Positions 56,489 through 61,511 of a stretch of 61,511 nt of DNA are shown in pieces. Source of the DNA: Pseudacidobacterium sp. (GTDB lineage Bacteria > Acidobacteriota > Terriglobia > Terriglobales > Acidobacteriaceae); contig DATAQW010000424.1 in NCBI GenBank assembly GCA_036264445.1, positions 1-61,511 of the forward strand, read 5' to 3'. A model generated the notes under the pieces. That model was not told the origin of the DNA. It did not search any database and saw only the letters and a list, made by a program, of their open reading frames with translations. How positions within the stretch are numbered: the first letter of the stretch is position 1; the number at the start of each line of letters is the position of its first letter. The translations under genes and the position numbers were made by a program.

Positions 56489-57621
56489 TGCGTCTCCAGA
56501 GTGTTTTCCAGTTGGAGGACGTCAGCAACAACTCGTTGTCCAGGTGCGATGCCGGAGAGAATTATCTGCCTGTTCCCGGGCAGCGTATCACCGCTATTCA
56601 CCTCGATACGCTTAAACTGTTTGCCGCCAGCAGGACTAAAGACCCAGTCGCGATCATGAAGATGCAAAATAGCGCTGGCCGGAACGACGGCAAAGGTATG
56701 CTTCGTCTTGCTTTCAATGGTTGCGGTAACAAACATTCCCAGGCGAAGAAGACCGGGATTGGCAACCTCGATACGGACTTTAGCTGTACGGAGGGTGGGA
56801 TCAAGCACCGGACCAATGTCACTGATATGACCAACGAGTACTTTGTCGGGATATGCATTCAGCCTGATTTGTGCAGGCTGCCCCAATTGAATTCTGGGCA
56901 GATCATTCTCAAACACATCGCAGATGATCCAGATTACAGACAGATCAGCAATCGTAAATGCATTCGGAGAACCGGAAAAAGTCACACCAGCCGCCGCGGC
57001 ATTGGTAACATTCTGCGCAACGATGATGCCGGAGATTGGAGCATAAACATTGACGATGCTCGATGGGTGGTCTTTCCTGACACCAAGGGTATCCAGCTGC
57101 TGTTCGGCCGCTGCCAAATCAGCCCTGGCATCTTTCTCTGTGTCTTCGGCCTGCTCAAGCATGCTGAGCGAAATTGCGCCATGAGCGTAGAGGTCTTTGG
57201 CGCGGATGAAAGCCCTGCTCGCAAACTGTTCGTCATTTGCCGCCTTCAGATAGGCGTCGAAGGCGTTAGTGATATCAGGACTCTGAATCTTTAAGAGCAA
57301 GTCGCCCTTCTTCACGTTGTCGCCGAGTCTTGCTTTGATGTCTACAACGCGACCGCTGGCGAGCGAGATGACAGGAATTTCGCGGGAAATATCAGGATTC
57401 ACCGAGCCTGTTACGTTAACGCTGTCTGGCGCGTCAATCGGGTCCGCCGCTACCTGCGGAAACTGCTCCGGATTGTCGACATTGACTATATCGTTGTTGT
57501 TGTTTGCGATTACCTGCGTTTGCGGCGGCGCACCATCGGTTGGATTAAACTTTTTTTCGCATGCCACCAATGAAAGGCACATGGCGAGGCAGCAGAATTT
57601 TGAAAAGGTCTTACCGATCAC
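56485..57621 (-). CDS. RND efflux periplasmic adaptor (CzcB-like)
   Basis: Lipoprotein-like signal (LVAC), GDNVKKGDLL, APISG and IADLSVIW. Confidence 0.93.
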   Translation of the reverse strand: MIGKTFSKFCCLAMCLSLVACEKKFNPTDGAPPQTQVIANNNNDIVNVDNPEQFPQVAADPIDAPDSVNVTGSVNPDISREIPVISLASGRVVDIKARLGDNVKKGDLLLKIQSPDITNAFDAYLKAANDEQFASRAFIRAKDLYAHGAISLSMLEQAEDTEKDARADLAAAEQQLDTLGVRKDHPSSIVNVYAPISGIIVAQNVTNAAAAGVTFSGSPNAFTIADLSVIWIICDVFENDLPRIQLGQPAQIRLNAYPDKVLVGHISDIGPVLDPTLRTAKVRIEVANPGLLRLGMFVTATIESKTKHTFAVVPASAILHLHDRDWVFSPAGGKQFKRIEVNSGDTLPGNRQIILSGIAPGQRVVADVLQLENTLETQ

Positions 57622-58910
57622 TGAATCACCTCGCGCCCTACAGCAAGATTCAATTGGCCTGCAGCAGCCAGATAAGAACCAATCAGTTGTATGTATGCCA
57701 TCTGCACCCCGCGGTAATCACTCTGCGCATTCAGGAAGTCCATTAAAGATGCTCCGCCATGCTGCCATGCATATGTGACCGTCTCCCGCACACGCGTAGC
57801 CTGCGCCAAATATTTTTCTTTGTAAGGCCGCAGCAGTATCAAATTACTGTTCACCTGCACATACCCCGAATCCACATCGCTGAACACCTGGGCCCGCGTT
57901 GCATCTTCCAGTTGTTGATTGCGCCCAATGTCCAGTTGCGTACGCTGTTTTTCCCCTTGATTGCGGTCAAAAATGCGCAACGGGATGTTGACGCTGAGGC
58001 CGAGCGTATTGATGCCGTTTGGATTGTTATTCGATGCATTCCATGTGTACCAACCGCCGAACGTCGGATCAGTTGACCCATTCGCAATAGCAAGCTTGTG
58101 ATTCGTCACAGACTGCTGCACGGATTGCAACGCTGCCCTCAGGTCGGGACGGTTGTCCAGGGCAATCTGATGAAATGTCTCCAGTGGCTGCAACTGGTCG
58201 CCAAAGTCGAAAGCCCCTTGTATATCGAACTGATCTACGGGTGTCCTGTCATTCAGCAATTGCAGGAGCTGAATTTTCGCTGTACGCAGATTGACCTCGG
58301 CTGTTTGCAGATCAGACTCATACTGCACGCGCTGCAGTTCGATCCTGTCCAGATCGATCTGCGCCATGTCACCGCTCTTGAAACGCGCGCGGCTGATGTC
58401 GATGATCTTGTCGTAGTAGTCGAGCTCCTGCTGCGAAAGGTCGACGATCGCTTTTTGCTGGAGTACCTGAACGAATGCCAATCGCAGATTAAAAAGCAGA
58501 TTTCTGTTGAGATCCTCATGCTGTGAGGTTGCAATCTGCGTTCCCTCTTGCGCGCTCTGAAGACGAAGTTCCCTCTTGTGATCGCGCTCGTGGAGGTAGC
58601 TGAGAGCAGGAACCACGTCAGTACCTGAGAGCGGAGCCCAGACCCCGTTATGAGGGGCAATCTGGGTTCCATCCGCACTGAGCGTGAATTGCGGATTTGG
58701 TCGCAGATAAGCTGTGATCTCTCCGGCTTTCATCTCCTCCACATTGATAGCGTCGGCTTTCAATGTGGGATTCGCGGCCTGGAACTTGTCCTTTATCTGC
58801 TCCCACGTGTAGCCGGTTTGCGCGCGCGCCATCTGACCCTGGAACATCAGCCCGAAAGGTGCGGCAAAACAAACTAAGAGTAACGACAGCGATGACTTTT
58901 TAATGCGCAT
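57618..58910 (-). CDS. TolC/CzcC-family outer membrane factor
   Basis: ANPTL, RPNP, NRPDL and IPLRIFDRNQG motifs. Overlaps the adaptor gene by 4 nt. Confidence 0.92.
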   Translation of the reverse strand: MRIKKSSLSLLLVCFAAPFGLMFQGQMARAQTGYTWEQIKDKFQAANPTLKADAINVEEMKAGEITAYLRPNPQFTLSADGTQIAPHNGVWAPLSGTDVVPALSYLHERDHKRELRLQSAQEGTQIATSQHEDLNRNLLFNLRLAFVQVLQQKAIVDLSQQELDYYDKIIDISRARFKSGDMAQIDLDRIELQRVQYESDLQTAEVNLRTAKIQLLQLLNDRTPVDQFDIQGAFDFGDQLQPLETFHQIALDNRPDLRAALQSVQQSVTNHKLAIANGSTDPTFGGWYTWNASNNNPNGINTLGLSVNIPLRIFDRNQGEKQRTQLDIGRNQQLEDATRAQVFSDVDSGYVQVNSNLILLRPYKEKYLAQATRVRETVTYAWQHGGASLMDFLNAQSDYRGVQMAYIQLIGSYLAAAGQLNLAVGREVIQ

Positions 58911-59193
58911 GCAATCAGAAACTTATTGTGTTATTAGACGTTGGAGCAGCTCAATTTTTCCGGCGGGCTACAAACTCCAACGCTGTAGAGAACCGAAACT
59001 CCCTCTTAAGTCTAGCTTACGGTCCATGTCAACGAGACACGGTCTATCCATCAGGTAAAGATGGCTATCTTTCGGCCATTTCTTTTATCAAATTTTTATA
59101 AACAACAAGGCTCATGCTGAAATTGAAAATGGAACCTACGCAGCATCCGCACTTTCGGCGCAAAATACCTTCGACGGATCCAGCAGGGACGCC

Positions 59194-60588
59194 ATGCTTT
59201 CATTGCTATTCCAGGGAAACAGAAAAACCGTTTTGCTCCGGGCAGGTTTTCTGATTGCAGTTTTCGCGTTTATCAATTGGCGTGCAATCAATGAATTGCC
59301 TCTCGGGTTCCTTTACCTGTTGCCCATGCTTATGGTTGGAAGGGTCCTGAACCCTTTGCAAATTGCTGGCATCGCCGCCCTTTGTACCGTTCTTACCGAG
59401 CGTTTTGACGCTTTCGTTTGGAACTTCAGGACAGGTCTGCCACGTGATGTACTTTACTTTGCGGCCTTCTTTTGCGTTGGTCTTTTTGTCTACGAGGTCA
59501 ATCGGAACCGCCAGATTGTGACGGAACACCTTCATGAAATAGAGCGGCAACGCGATGCGCGGCGGGATGCTGAAGAGCAGTTAAAGATCCTGATTGAAAG
59601 CAGCCCCGCCGCCATTGTGACAGCAGACGCCGACGGGCGCGTTTTGATGGCCAACGAAGCCGCGCACCGCATGTTGACGATTGAGGTTGGCGCGCTTCCC
59701 GGACGCTCCATTGAGCGCTACTTTCCTTCTCTGGCAAATATTTTGCGCCGTGATACAAATCGGCCCACTCTGCGCGCAGTCATGCAGTCACGTGGGCAGC
59801 GCGAGGATAGCGATGTCTTCCTTGCTGATATATGCTTCTCCACCTACCTTACGGACGCAGGACCTCGCCTTGCAGCGATGATTCTGGATACATCTGAAGA
59901 ACTTCGCACCCGCGAGGAAGCCAGCCTACACCAGATGCTTGCCGGGTCGCGGATTGTAGCTGGAGCGGTATCCCACGAAATCCGCAACATCTGTGGAGCT
60001 ATCGCTGTTGTGCATGAAAACCTCTTGCGCAGCGGACTGCTTGCACAGAACAAGGATTTTGAAGCTCTGGGAAATCTCGTTCTCGCGCTGGAACGCATCT
60101 CCGATGTAGAGTTGCGGCAATCCGCCGATCAGGCTGCTGAAGTTGACCTGCTGTCCGTGCTGGATGATCTGCGCATTGTGATTGCGCCCTGGCTGCGCGA
60201 AGAAGGGATAGAGGTGGCATGGACACTGCCGCCGGATTTGCCTCCGGTGTGGGCGGACAGATCAAACCTCATGCAGGTGTTTCTCAACCTGACGACAAAC
60301 AGTATTCGTGCGCTATCGCAGAAAACCGCCCCAAAGCTTTCAATCATTGCCCTAGCAGAAGACCATCGCGTATTGGTGGAAATTACAGACAACGGGGGCG
60401 GCGTTGATCACCCGGAACAATTATTTCGGCCATTTCAGCCTGGCGCCCGTTCAACGGGCCTCGGCCTGTATGTGTCGCGGGCCTTCATGCGTTCTTTTGG
60501 CGGTGAACTGCGCTACAAAACTCTCGCAAATGGCGCATGCTTTATTGTCGAGCTGTCTCCGGTGGACTATTTTGAAAAGGTGTCATGA
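59194..60588 (+). CDS. Membrane PAS-domain sensor histidine kinase
   Basis: About 4 N-terminal TMs, PAS (LIESSPAAIV..ANEAA), SHEIRN, QVFLNL..N, DNGGG and GLGL. Confidence 0.93.
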   Translation: MLSLLFQGNRKTVLLRAGFLIAVFAFINWRAINELPLGFLYLLPMLMVGRVLNPLQIAGIAALCTVLTERFDAFVWNFRTGLPRDVLYFAAFFCVGLFVYEVNRNRQIVTEHLHEIERQRDARRDAEEQLKILIESSPAAIVTADADGRVLMANEAAHRMLTIEVGALPGRSIERYFPSLANILRRDTNRPTLRAVMQSRGQREDSDVFLADICFSTYLTDAGPRLAAMILDTSEELRTREEASLHQMLAGSRIVAGAVSHEIRNICGAIAVVHENLLRSGLLAQNKDFEALGNLVLALERISDVELRQSADQAAEVDLLSVLDDLRIVIAPWLREEGIEVAWTLPPDLPPVWADRSNLMQVFLNLTTNSIRALSQKTAPKLSIIALAEDHRVLVEITDNGGGVDHPEQLFRPFQPGARSTGLGLYVSRAFMRSFGGELRYKTLANGACFIVELSPVDYFEKVS

Positions 60589-61244
60589 GCAAGCCTGTTC
60601 GCATTTTGCTGGTTGACGATCACGCGCTTTTTCGTGAGAGCCTGGCGCGCCTGCTCGAGGCAGAGTCTGGCTTCCAGGTTGCAGGCCATTGTTCGACTCT
60701 CTCTCAAGCACGCCGCATCCTCGAAGACACTGCCGTTGACGTCATTCTTCTCGACTATGATCTCGGAGAAGAAGTAGGAACTGACCTTCTGCAGGAGCTG
60801 CGCAGGCGCGGCGATGCAGCAAAAGCGCTGATGCTCACAGCGGGGATGAGAGACAGCGTGACCAAGCAGGCGCTGAATACCGGCATCTCCGGGATCATTT
60901 TCAAACACAGCGGGCCAGGCCAACTGATTGACGCAATTCACAGGGTGGCAAAGGGAGAAATGTGGCTCGACAGCGAGGTCGTTCGTTCACTCGTCGCCGG
61001 AACCAACGACCAACACAATCCGCACCAAAATCTGCGCCCGTTGACAGATCGACAACGCGAAGTGCTGCGTAACATTCTTGATGGTCTCACCAATAAAGAA
61101 ATTGCATGGAAGATGCAGGCTTCTGAAAGCTCTATAAAAGCCGTAATTCAGGAGCTCTTTCACAAAGCCGGGGTGAGAACTAGAAGCCAGCTTGTGCGGA
61201 TTGCGATTGAGAAGCATTCAGCAGACTGGCTGGACGCCAAATAA
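60585..61244 (+). CDS. NarL/LuxR-family response regulator
   Basis: LVDDHALFRE, LLD and LTDRQREVL..GLTNKEIA. Confidence 0.95.
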   Translation: MSKPVRILLVDDHALFRESLARLLEAESGFQVAGHCSTLSQARRILEDTAVDVILLDYDLGEEVGTDLLQELRRRGDAAKALMLTAGMRDSVTKQALNTGISGIIFKHSGPGQLIDAIHRVAKGEMWLDSEVVRSLVAGTNDQHNPHQNLRPLTDRQREVLRNILDGLTNKEIAWKMQASESSIKAVIQELFHKAGVRTRSQLVRIAIEKHSADWLDAK

Positions 61245-61337
61245 TCACAACTTCTCTGGAAGGAAGCATCCAGTAGCTTTCGCATCCGCCTGCATGGCTT
61301 CCCCCCATCAAAGTATCTACCCAACTAAATCTGGCAC

Positions 61338-61511
61338 TTAGAAACGATAATGTGCTCCTACCTGGAGAGTACGAGGATTGGTGGTTGATTTGCCGGTAAC
61401 TTCGCCGAATTGAGAGTTAGTCGGGGTTAGATTCAGCCCGCCTGACGACCCTATTGCAGCCAGGTTGGGGTGATTAATGAAGTTATAAGCCTCCGCGCGG
61501 AATTCGAATGT
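61338..61511 (-). CDS. C-terminus of a TonB-dependent receptor (Oar-like), truncated by window
   Basis: Hand translation gives TFEFRAEAYNFINHPN...FGEVTGKSTTNPRTLQVGAHYRF*, with a terminal Phe. Not in the ORF track. Confidence 0.85.
   Translation of the reverse strand, partial: TFEFRAEAYNFINHPNLAAIGSSGGLNLTPTNSQFGEVTGKSTTNPRTLQVGAHYRF

Noticed and set aside
58911-59193. Response-regulator binding site in the divergent promoter region
   Set aside because: Only short, weak inverted repeats (ATGGC..GCCAT) are present, which could arise by chance.

Overview
A 61.5 kb, mostly core-chromosomal window that looks like a subdivision-1 Acidobacterium (inferred from gene content, protein style and intergenic repeats, not from a database search). 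Housekeeping genes: alaS, recX, fabF-acpP, rmuC, recQ, rpsA, dnaB, serA, rnhA and ppc. Envelope and accessory modules: an amidase, a porin, vapBC, an ABC-2/TetR/glycosyltransferase cluster, two ECF sigma modules, a radical SAM enzyme, an alginate lyase-like gene, an AraC/di-heme protein pair, and a CzcCBA-like RND pump next to a two-component system. I saw no rRNA, tRNA, CRISPR array or transposase. The best candidate for an undescribed system is the abutting gene pair at 13490-16135. One gene encodes a membrane protein with two D-x3-H-x12/13-H motifs spaced like the CuC and CuD copper sites of PmoC/AmoC. The other encodes an exported protein with a predicted mature N-terminal His, two TM helices and His/Met-rich domains, a PmoB-like layout. 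Together they suggest a divergent copper membrane monooxygenase-like or copper-handling system. Other points: a candidate sRNA with its own promoter and terminator (about 2073-2158), a long rpsA leader, an exact ECF41 promoter, apparently leaderless genes, REP-like repeats, and three single-base gene disruptions.
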